DNA of 64,000 nt from Neodothiora populina (lineage: Eukaryota), in assembly GCF_041146345.1 (NCBI RefSeq), contig NW_027191413.1, positions 2,356,001 through 2,420,000 of the forward strand, read 5' to 3'. Shown in pieces: positions 51,640 to 62,312 of this stretch. Within the stretch, counting starts at the first letter, position 1; each line of letters opens with the position of its first letter. A program made the translations under genes and the position numbers. The notes under the pieces are model-generated. The model was given only the letters and a program-made list of their open reading frames with translations, was not told the DNA's origin and did not search any database.

Positions 51640-52085
51640 TTCTGTCCTCTCTCTGTTCTTTCCCTGTTCACTTCCTGCTCTTTCATGTGCAATTTCTTGT
51701 GATTAATCCCTTTCTACTCTTTCTCTTATTATCTCTCTGAACTCGCTGTTCACTTTTCTGCTCCTTTATTCATGTACATACCTTTCACTTTGTTTCTCAC
51801 TTAATTCTTTGATTCGAATATATCTCTACATACACGCACTCTGTCTCATTTCACTTTGTTCACTTATCTCGCACTCTCACTTTCATCATACCCGGTCACT
51901 ACTTCACTCCCTGTTTCTTATTCCTTTCTATACCTTCCTACTCTCTTGATCTCATTTACACTCAATTCACAGTCACATCGGTCTCTATACTGTGTCTCGC
52001 TTCTCTCTTGTTCTTCTTGTCATCTGCACTTTGAGTGTTCTTTTTATGCCCGTTGTTCCATATCCTCGATTCCTCCATCTTTTAT
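51640..52085. repeat. Low-complexity pyrimidine-rich tract with recurring TTCACT units
   Basis: Very low G on the + strand; TTCACT recurs several times. Confidence 0.5.
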
Positions 52086-52845
52086 CCAAGCGTAGGCTCG
52101 AGGCAAGGTGTACTTGTTGAGTAGACGGTCTTGCGAGAGTACACAGGAATGAGAAATTGCATTATACTGCAGGCAAACTTCATATCACCATGTTTTGAAG
52201 TGCCGTGGCTGCTGTGAAGTGGTGATGATAGTACGTCTTCTAGAAATAGAGGGATGCAATGGGTTTGGAAGCTCACTTGAGCGACATTCTTGACTAAGAG
52301 GTACACTTTCTCTCCTACTGGGCATATTAGGACAGGCTGCCATATAGATGACTGAGTTCTCAAAGTGGAAGAGAGGAGGAAAGGACAGAGGATCAAGACA
52401 AGCAATGCAAATTCTCTATTGCTCTTTTCTCATTCGAAACATATATATTAAAAAAAAAGGTGAACACCGCTTGTTGTGTTCCGTGAGAGACGGGGAGAAA
52501 CCGACTTTCCTCTCATTCCATCATGTTGAAGATGCTTTTGATTTTTCCTGACGATGGCATGACAATCATAAAAGACAGAAGAAAGACTCTCGTCTTTCCT
52601 CCATCACACAAATCTAGTTTTCGTTTTTCCTTTTCCTCTGCTATGCGATTCGTTCCTCCCCCATTCTTGGTTGTCGGCCTTGTTGAAGAACCGTTCTGTT
52701 GCCTGTACATGGTCTCTGAGTCGGCATTAAAACCAATCGGGAAACCCCCATTCTAATCCTACCATAAATATGCCCGTCGGACAATTTTGTGGTTTGGCAG
52801 TAGTGAGGACATCATACTTTTTCCCATGACATGTGTTTTCCCTTT

Positions 52846-54559
52846 TTAGTTGGTAGCAGAGTAGGTTTGCTTAGGGAACGGATACCTGCAGCACAAGGGA
52901 AACAAGATTCCAAATGTTAGCCTTTTCTGAGAGGCAAGAAAAAGAAAGAAGACAATCAACTGCGTCGATCGTCGATGTCGAGAGCATGAGGACAATAGAA
53001 TCGACTTGACGCAGGACCTGATCGTGTACGGAGATAACGGAAAAGCAGGGTGAGATGCAAAGCAAGAAAAGATGAACAAGGCAGGGATTCGATGGGGAGC
53101 GACATAAGCAGGGTCGGCGAGAAAGGCGGGTGGGTGTTTGTCAAATGTGGTTGATGTGGGACGCGACTTCTGTTTAGGGGAGAAACATCGGGGAGGCGGG
53201 GTGCGACACCATGCTTGCAGCACTAAGCCCTTTCTGGGCACAGCAAGCTTGACCCAAGAGTACCTGCACCTTTGCTCAGAGTAATCTTGTTTTCTCTTGC
53301 TTGCATGTGCGCTAAGAAGGTTGGCAAAGATGTGGGGCTCATCACAGCTCGAGTTCAATGCTCGGTCGATTGCTCGAGTTGAAGGAGCCAGAGATGAACC
53401 CTGCTGAATGCCACTGATGCGATGCAGGAAGAAGTGGATGACCAAGGCGGACGAAAGGGAAAAGAAGGAACGAAAAGAAAAAAGAAGATGACTTACGCAG
53501 GACCGAGCTCCTTGATGCTCAAGTGGGCCAACCACTGTCCCATGTCGACGCAGGTCTTGAGGCTCTCGCCCTTTGCGACACCGGCAACGAAGCCACCAGC
53601 GAAAGCATCACCAGCACCAGTGGTGTCGGCGATTTCGCTTTTGTCGATGGCGTGAACGGGGAACTCGTGAACCTTGTCCTCGTCCTGGACAGCTACAACG
53701 GTAGGGTCAGTGCCTTGGGTGATGATGACGGTTCTCTTGCGCTGAGAGTTTGCCTTGGGCAATTGGGCCAAGTGACGGGCGATGGTGGGGATGTCCTCGG
53801 TGTTGAGGTCGTGAGAAGCGGCGTAAGAACGAGCCTCGGTCTCATTGCCGACTACGTAGTCCCAGTAGGGAGCAGTCTGGTCGAGCTGGTCCTTGAAGAA
53901 CTGGGGAATGAAGGGGGCGGAGAGAGAGAGCATGAAAATCTTGTTCTCCTTTGCTGCCTCCTCGGCGAGAGCCATGATGGCAGGGACAGAGACGGTAAGG
54001 TGGTATCCGCCGACAAAATAAAGCTTGGCCTGCTTGACCAAGTCCCAGTTCTCCTTGAGGTGCTCGACCTTGTAGCAGTTTGCGGCGGCGAGGTCGGTGC
54101 ACATGGACCTGTCGTGGCCGGTGATGACGACTCCGCAACGACCGGTGGGCTGCTCCTCGTCGACACGGTAGACAGTGTGGAGACCGACCTTCTTGTTGGC
54201 CTCGACGAGCAGATCGGCGTACTTGTCCTTTCCCACGCAGCCAACGAAGACAACAGAGTCCTCGGGCAGGATGTACTGTGCACCTCTGGCAGTGTTCTGG
54301 GCAGCGCCGCCGGCGTTGAAGTCGGCCTTTCGGTTGATCAGGTCCTCGTAGATTCCCATGTGCTTCTCTTCTGCCAGGATGGCGTCGTTGGGCTTGAGGC
54401 CATATTTGTCGAGCAGGGCCTGGTCACTTTGGGTGAGAGCCACCAGGGTCAGTTGCTGGGATGGGAAATATCCCGAAGGAGAAGAATAAAAAAAACTCAC
54501 CCGACAGCCTGAATGTCGAGGAGAGGGTTCTCCAGCGCAAGAATCTCGTATTTGCCCAT
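52846..54559 (-). CDS. ADO1: Adenosine kinase (PfkB family)
   Basis: Exons 54559-54501, 54426-53497, 52885-52846. MGKYEILALENPLLDI, AGGAAQN, GNETEA, DTTGAGDAFAGGF, ELGPAYPFPKQ. An in-frame upstream ATG at 54799 may add 80 aa. Confidence 0.95.
53273..53349 (-). ncRNA. Candidate intronic box C/D snoRNA with an 18S rRNA guide
   Basis: C box GTGATGA (53345-53339), D box CTGA (53279-53276), short closing GC(T)/(A)GC pairing, guide AACAAGATTACT (53291-53280) complementary to the 18S segment GGUAAUCUUGUU recalled for filamentous ascomycetes. Confidence 0.65.
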
Positions 54560-55061
54560 TTTGTTACGTGTGTCGATACTTTTCTGATTGATGTTGAGTT
54601 GACGACAAGAATGAAACAATGCTTTATTCTCGATGGCGAAAAGAGTCGTCGCCCCTCGTTGACTTTGATGATGGCGGGGCAGGGCTGTCGCTGTCGCTGT
54701 CGCTGTTGCTGCTCGCGGAAATCTCACCGCTGCCGCACTGACCGGTTTTGTGAACACTGCTGCTGCTGTCACTATCGAGTGGGCAATGGCCGTATTCATC
54801 GCTTGCTTTCTGCAAGCGGTTTTTCTTTATAGATTATCACGTGAAGCAGAAGCAAATGTATGTTCTAAAAGGATGGTCATGATCGAGAGGGTGTTTCCTT
54901 CCATCGCCGTCGAAACAAAAGACCCCCGCGCCTCCCAGTGGCCCATCCGAGTTTCCCCTTCCATATTTACCCCATGGAGATGACAGAATCTCCTGACTCC
55001 CGAACACCACCGTGGATCTTCCCCTGATGTCATGCAGATATCTGCTTGTTTCTCCAATCCA

Positions 55062-56848
55062 TCAAAACATGTAGTCGCCGCCGCTCTCGCTAATGATAAA
55101 TTCACAACCCAGCTTGCCCCATCCGCCTTCCTCCAGTGCGGCTGCGTGGTCATTCAGTTGACTCAGGATCCGTTCGGAGACGTGCGGTCCGTCCTTGAGC
55201 GTGTCCTTGACGTGTATAATGACCACGCGCAGACCTGTAAGCGGCGCCTCGACAGAGATTGCATCGACGGAGGTTGCGTCGACAGAGGGTGCGTCGAATG
55301 AGAACTCAACACCCTTGGACTGCGGCAGACTCATGGGACTGGGCACCGCCGACTCCTCGGGCACCCCGAGAGGTTGACTACTGCGCCGCAGCGGAGTGCC
55401 AGGGCTCCGTCCGACAGCTATGCTTCTGCTACGCTTCTTCTCAATCGCTTCGCTCAGACTAGACGGCTCCGGTAGAGAGCTATAATGTGCACTGCGTTTC
55501 CGTTTCCTTCGTGCCTTTTCTTGTGCTCTGATCACCTTCTCGTCCTTGACCAGCTCTGAGAGCGCTTGCAGCTCTGCCACAATGTGCCGCGGCGCCATGT
55601 GTCCGAACAGCACGGCGTCAGGTTGGCTGTCGTCATAGGAACACTCTATGAACATACCGACCAGAACCCCGGAGGCGATCTTGGGCGCTGCCTCCCGCCA
55701 GATATTATTCAGCCGAGGCGCAGATGACACACTGTCTGGCTCGACGTCGCCGAATATGAGAATCTCTCTCGATGTGGCATCGTCCCGGATGAAATAAACC
55801 GTGCTGTCTACGATGGAACTCGGAGGTACCTCGTTGACGAAGCCTTGTGCTAGCTGGCCGCCTGGGTTTGGAGACATGTAGCCGCCTCGATCCCCAAGAA
55901 GACTGAAAGACGTCGACCTCTTCGTCTCCACAGATCCACCGGGAGTGTGTACACCTGCATAGTTGGTGTCCGATGTGTTGCCCAGAGAGCTGCGGTGCGG
56001 TTGCATGGCCGACGAATCGCTGCGTGCACAGTGACCGTGACTGATCTTGAACCCCTTGACTCCCAGTCCTTCGCACACTTCAATGTAGCCCCTACCCTCG
56101 CCCTCGCCAACCATGACATCACCACCCTCTTTCAGCCGCTGAAAGGTGACAAAGCCCACCCCACCGTCCTCGTCCGTCAGGTTCGGCCAAATCACATCGT
56201 TGAAGATGTGTCTCTTTATAGCGTCCACGGTGAAGGGCATGGCGGCAAGCTTCTTGGGCCGTGACGTCGCGTGGAATGACGCCGTGTTGATGGCGAAGCC
56301 TGACAAGTGGTCGAGATGTGGATGAGTGATCAGGTAGGTTGACACGTGGTTTCGCACGATGTGTGCCGCATTCGCGCGCGCGGAAGCATTGGGCAGAGGC
56401 AGGCCTGCGAAAGGGCCAGCCTCCAATATCGTGGGTATCGGAGGGGGTGGAGGTGTGTCCCTGGAGCTGGGCGGTGACGAGGACAGGGGTGAAGAGTCCT
56501 CTGGCTGCACTTCCGCCCGCACCTCCATCTCCACATCTGGAGTCTCCGACACCAAGGGCATGTCATGTTCGAGGATGCGCGTGATGGCTGCCATGTGCGA
56601 TCCAGCATCCACAGCCAGCAGAGATCCCCGCGCCCAATTGGTGGCTATAGAGCGAACAAGTAGTCCGGTAACATTGTCTTCGCTAGGCCCACCTCCAGAA
56701 CCCTTCACAGACGCAAGTTTGTCAGTACGAGGCCATGTCCATAAGGAATAAAGTCAGGCTGAATCAGCTGTTCGAGCTGTGTGGCACTCACTAGACAGAT
56801 GACCTGGATAGCTGCTGCCTTCTCCCGTGTCTCATGCCTGCCTTTCAT
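55062..56848 (-). CDS. PDE1: Low-affinity class II cAMP phosphodiesterase
   Basis: Exons 56848-56792 and 56702-55062; VICLGSGGGP, AVDAG, ITHPHLDHLSG, FNDVIWPNL, FGDVEPD, IECSY, LFGH, IIHVK class II PDE motifs. Confidence 0.92.
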
Positions 56849-58267
56849 TTAGGCCGCGCTCTGCCCTCGGCCGAATATTCGGGCCAACAAGACAAAGGAG
56901 ATGGGTCTCGTGCAATGATCGCAAAGAAGTCTCACTGCGGATAGGTTGCGTAAGTTCGCTAATGAAGTCTTGTCTTTCCAATCCCCTTAGATTCCAGTCG
57001 TCCCCAGAAACCAGTTCGCGCTGCCCGTCTGCTTCTTGCAATATATAGATTCTATGTTTGTCCTACACTTGTCGCCGTTGTTATTGTCTCGAAGCCCGTG
57101 CGCTGCGATGATGGAGGTACCAGCCCGTAATTGGTATTGACATTGACGAGACAGGAAATGGCTTCAACTGCGTGTGTCCCTCGCAAGCGAATGCTAGAGC
57201 GTTGCACCACGGTAGACAAAGGGGAGGGAGTGAGAGGCAGTGTGTGTGTGTGTGGAATGTTGTGGCGCCCTTGTACAAGTACCAGCAGCTAGGCATGCAA
57301 GGCGCTGATCGAACACGGAGGAGCAGAGACCAAAATTCCCGGGGTGAAGTGAATCTATTGCGGAGGCCTCAAGTGCTTCGCTTTCGCTGGAAGGTTGAGA
57401 GATTGTCGCAGGCCATGTGTTCAGACATGTGGGTACAGGAAAAAGAGATACTTGTAGGCAGGGAGAGACACAGAGAGATCAGCCTCGCATCTGGACTACT
57501 ATGCTGTTATTATTGTCAATAGCGCACATGATCCCCAAATTGGCGAAAAGCTGGGAGACGGACGCAAGTCTAGACGGAAGCCCAGTGATGTGCAGCTGGC
57601 GGCTCGCAGATCCCGCCGTAGGGCAAGCCGATATCATATCAAGCGTTGGTCGCCCCATTCTGTCTATGGTCCATGGGCAACTAGCGATGAGGAGCGGGTA
57701 CTCTCAGCAACGTGAGACATTATCAGCAGCGTTTTCCGCTACTGAGCCAGCTCGGTTCTCAACATCTTGCAATCTGATTTTTACCCTATTGTTCATTCAG
57801 TTTCTGAGTCAAGACATGCAGAGGAGCGTGCTGATCATCAACAATGGGCAAGACACGAGGCGAAGCAGGAGACAGCCCTGCGGCTCCGTCTCAGCGCGGG
57901 GGTCGATTCATTCAGTGCAGATAAGGTGATGTCGGATAGTGCTCCCAGACACCGAGCGCTTGGCCCGGCCGCTATGGCGTGTCTAGCCCTTGATGCCTTG
58001 CCACAATCCATTCTGGAATATTGCACTCATCAGACCTCGATCATACATGTCATGTCACGGTGGATGTGTATATATATATCAAAAGCAAGCGGTAGGTAAT
58101 GGGATATATTTTGGTGTTGCGTAGCACATGCACATGCTTTATGCGAACTCGTCTCTATTAAGCATTGCTCGTATCACTCGAGGCCTGGAACCCTTTTTCT
58201 GTCGGTCACAGGACTCGAGCATATCTGAAACTCGATCATCATCATCAAGGCGCGGCGAAGTCTCCCT

Positions 58268-58778
58268 CTACTTGAAAACCTTGCCGTCGGACCACTCGTA
58301 GGTCTTACCGTCGACCTCGATGGGCTTGTCCCAGGACCACATGTCGTTGACAAACTCCTTGTCCTCGGCCTTGGTGGGGTCGAGCTTGGTGAACTCGTAG
58401 GACTCGTAGTCGGGGGCGACGTCGAAGGCGGGGAGAGCCTCCTGGCCGCGGACGAGGAAAGCACCACGCATGATGCTGTCGTTGGTCACGCCGTAGACGG
58501 ACATGCATCCGAAGATGTACTTACGAGAAGCCTCGAGACGGGCGAAGAAACCGCCGATCTGGTTGGCGCTCATGAAGGGCATGGTGAGCTCATCGTTGTA
58601 CTTGAAGTCGCAACGGAAGAGAGAGTACTCCTCGAAGTTGGTGTTCTCCCAGAACCAGGGAAGGGCGACCTCGCGGGTCTCCTCGTTGGAGTACTTGCGC
58701 TTGAGGTCGTCAAGGACGAAGGTGGCGCGGGGAAGAGCCTCGAGAGGGTGCTTGGGCTTGGGGGCAGGGGCAGGCTCC

Positions 58779-58809
<31 letters not shown>

Positions 58810-59902
58810 GCTTGGGGGCAGCCTTGGGCTTCTCAGCCTTGGGGGCGGCCTCCTTCTTGGGGGGCTGGTTGGGGATGGCCTGGTCGATGAGAGTGAACTT
58901 CTCGGCGACGTCGGAGTAGATGGGCTGGTTGTAGACGGTCTCGTACCAACGGGAGACGTTGGGGTGCTCGCTTCTCCAGGCCTTGTCGAAGAAGTACTCA
59001 AAGCCACGGGCGATCAGGCCAGTGACGAAAAGATCGGCAAGAGTGAGACGCTCGCTGACGAGGTAGGTGTTGACGAGGAGGTGGTCGTCGAGGACCTTGA
59101 CGGCCTTGAGGGCAGCGGTCTTCTTGTCCTCGACAGACTTCTTGTTGTAGGGGTCCTTGCCGATGAGAGGGCGGAACCAGCCAGCGAGAGCGGGGAGGAT
59201 CTCGGTGTTGCCGTAGGACATCCATCTCAGGATGGCGGCGTAGTCCTGCTTGGTCTTGCCGAGGAGAGTGGTCTTCTCGTTCTGGGAGGTGACTAGAGAT
59301 GCAGAGTCAGTCCTGGCCGCGCATCTTTTTCATGGAGACAAAAATGAATAGTAGAGGATAGGATGCATGTCAGAGTGTGAATAATTCTCAACAATAGTCT
59401 TCAGACAGGGATAACTGTTTGAATGAAACTTCTCATCATTGCAGGTGGAGCGGCACAAGTACGAGGCGCGATAGGAAGGTGGGTTTCTGGAAACAGAGAA
59501 AAGAAAAGAACAAAAAGAGGCAGACGTACGATAGATGGCAATGGCCATGCACTCGGTCAGGACGTAACCATCAGCACCCTCGAAGGTGGGGACCTTGCCG
59601 AGCTTGTTGAGCTTGAGGTAGTCGGTCGAGACATCAGCGCCAGGCTGGGTCTGGACGATCTCGAGATCGAGGTTGTTGGCCTTGGCGACTGCGCGAATGG
59701 CAGTGCTGCGGGGGTTACCCTGTCGGTGACAAGTCAGTCATGCATTTTCGTTCTCGTGTGTGTGTGTGTGTTTCGTGTTTCTTGATCTCTGACTGTGCCA
59801 AGAGAAGAAAGAAAAGAGTGGCGGCGCCAAGTGCTTTGAAACCGCACAGGAGTGAGATGTGAAAAGACATACCGGGTAGGTGAAGAGCTTGCCGAAAGAC
59901 AT
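58268..59902 (-). CDS. TEF4: Translation elongation factor eEF1B-gamma
   Basis: Exons 59902-59873, 59719-59530, 59292-58268; GST-like N-terminal domain (GKVPTFEGADG..LTECMAI) and C-terminal KPKHPL..KRKYSN..APDYESY..DGKVFK. Confidence 0.96.
59364..59444 (-). ncRNA. snR38: Box C/D snoRNA snR38 homolog in eEF1B-gamma intron 2
   Basis: C box ATGATGA (59439-59433), guide CAGTTATCCCTGT followed by D' CTGA (59404-59401), D box CTGA (59373-59370), TGCA/TGCA terminal stem; the guide is complementary to LSU rRNA ACAGGGAUAACUG; yeast snR38 lies in the TEF4 intron. Confidence 0.93.
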
Positions 59903-60209
59903 TTTGTATAAGATGCAACTGGGAGAAGAACAGATGCTATTTGGAGGTTATACAACAAAACGTCTGATGAGGGGAGGGGGGTGGACGAGGTGGAAAGCGG
60001 CGTGGGAATTTTACAGCTTCCACTTGCAATTTGCGGGCAGCAACGACGGAGATTTCCGTTTGAATTGTTGACACCTTACTGCCTTAGGGCTTTCGGTGTT
60101 TTACTGCTCCGGATATACAGCCGACACAGATCTAGGGCTACCTTCATGCTCAACTCAGAAAGTTTGGTCTCAAGATCATCAAACGCCATTGATAGACAGT
60201 AGCACCTAT

Positions 60210-60233
60210 AATCACAATCACAATCACAATCAC
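60210..60233 (+). repeat. (AATCAC)4 repeat in the MRPS9 leader
   Basis: Direct reading, immediately upstream of ATG 60239. Confidence 0.8.
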
Positions 60234-60238
60234 CAGTC

Positions 60239-61321
60239 ATGGAGACGGCAGTGATGCGGTCAGGCATCCGTCAAGCCATTGCCGCCGTGCGCAGTCCCGC
60301 ACGAACGAGACTCGCCTTCCAGCAGCAACAGCCCAGACGCTTCCTAGCAACACCGACCGGCACCACCACCACCACCACCACCGCCGCCAACGAGCCCATC
60401 CGCGCCGCACCTCCAATCGCCTTCGCTTCCTCGAAACAGAACCAAGATCCCGATGCTGCTGCTGCTGTTGCCGCCGCCACCACCACCCCCGCCGCCTCCA
60501 AAGATGACGGAGCAGAGTCTCTAGCCCGTCTTCGTCTCGTGCCGCGCTCACCCTCCTACTTCACCGGCAAGCCCGAATTCACAGACGACCTGCTGCACCT
60601 CGAGACTCTGGTGCGCAAGTACCAGACTCTGCCCGTGCTCCCCCCGGCGAGGCGCCCAGAATCGCATGGAGGACGCTGGCCCAATACAAGACGCTCAACA
60701 GCGAGCCCGTCAAGAGCGCACGCTACAAGAAGATCGTCGAGCTGCTGCACAGACTCAACTACATCCACCCGAGCCTGATGCCGCAAGAGGTCACCGACGC
60801 CATCCAGAGGTTCATGAGAGACGTGCAGCCCTTCCTTAACGTGCCCAAGCCCGTCTTTGTGGACGAGTACGGCAGGGCGCGCGGCGTCGGCCGCAGAAAG
60901 TCCAGCCACGCCGTCGTGCAGCTCGTCGAGGGCGAGGGAAAAGTTCTCATCAACGGGAAGCCCCTGACCGAGGCCTTTGGCAGACTTCACGACCGCGAGA
61001 GCGCCATCTGGGCCCTCAAGGCCACCGACAGAATCGACAAGTACAACGTCTGGGGTATCGTCAAGGGCGGCGGCACCACCGGCCAGGCCGAGGCTTTGAC
61101 GCTGGCTGTTTCAAAGGCATTGATGGTCCACGAACCCGATCTCAAGCCTGCGTTGCGAAGAGGTAAGCTCAGAAGTCCCTGTATTCGTTCAATTTGCAAA
61201 TCTTTTTGCTAACTTTTCCACCATCACAGCCGGCTGCGTCACTAGAGATCCTCGTCGTGTCGAGAGGAAAAAGCCTGGCAAGCTCAAGGCCCGCAAGATG
61301 CCTGCCTGGGTCAAGCGTTGA
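60239..61321 (+). CDS. MRPS9: Mitochondrial ribosomal protein uS9m, with an apparent 1-nt frameshift at 60640-60645
   Basis: Exons 60239-61162 and 61230-61321; [54 protein letters not shown]. The frame changes in a C6 run. Confidence 0.9.
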
Positions 61322-61343
61322 TTTTCTCTTCGCTCGTCTTTTC

Positions 61344-61366
61344 TGTATATACTCTATGTATTATTA
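61344..61366 (+). promoter_or_regulatory. Puf-type UGUA elements in the MRPS9 3' UTR
   Basis: TGTATATA at 61344 and TGTATTATTA at 61357, about 20-45 nt after the stop; Puf proteins are known regulators of nuclear-encoded mitochondrial mRNAs in fungi. Confidence 0.35.
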
Positions 61367-62312
61367 CACGCTGTTTACCCACCCTTCCACATCTTGTGCT
61401 GCGCAACAGCCTCACCAGCTGCGAGAGTATGCAAATAGACATCAGCTACGACATGGTGCTGCGAATATGATTGGCATCGATAGTCGGCCTCTTTTAGTCT
61501 TTATACCATGAAGACACAACAAAGATCCGAGTGAAGTTGCCATGATATCTTTTCTTCTTCGTCTACTGCAAACAAAACAATTTCCCGGTGAAAAAGGGGG
61601 GGGGGGACACCGAAAAGGAAATAGAAAACTTAACACGCAATTCGCAAACTCAGACAAAGTGCCGCCACTCCCTCCCTTTTTCCCTTTCTGCCCTTTTTGG
61701 TTAAGAGTGAATATCTTCGTTCCTTCCCTCCCTTCTGAACCCCTTAGTAGCTACACTTTACCCCCCAAGGCTCGTTGCACTCGTCTGCCTCGCCTATTCC
61801 TGCTCACTTCCACTCGAATATGAAAATTCATCACCCCCCTCCCGTCATCATCATGTTACTTTAAATTATGACTAAAACAGATGGGAATCTCTGAAAGAAG
61901 AAAAAGTTATGAAGAAAAGTCGCCTTCCCGACCGTCGTGATAAAACTAGACTAGTAAGACTAGCAACTTTTTTGGAGTCGTGCCCATTTCCCTGTCCTCT
62001 TTTCGCCATTGCGTCATGTTTGGAGAATTGTGGGTTTTTTTGGTTTTTGATTTTCTCGCCTTCGGGGTTTTTTTTGTGTGTTATTTGTAAGAAGAGGCAA
62101 ATTCCGGGAGCAGGGAATTCGTAGGAAGAAGATTTGCCGCGCATGTGCTGCTTTAAAAGAAGGAGAAAAGACGCCAAGGGTGGTTGGGAAAGAACAACGA
62201 GGTCGTAATAGGGCATGCAAGTAAGCAGTTTAAATCGTCGATACAGCCAGTCACATGTTCCATGTCCAACTCCCGCTAAAAAAGCCGCTTCAGTTCAAGG
62301 ATAAAGGGAAGT

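Noticed and set aside
52222..52355. GTGATGA...CTGA possible C/D snoRNA
   Set aside because: No terminal stem and no guide I can match to rRNA or snRNA.
53523..54512. 329-aa + strand ORF
   Set aside because: Antisense mirror of the codon-biased ADO1 exon; the same applies to shadow ORFs over eEF1B-gamma, NAM8 and ACAD.
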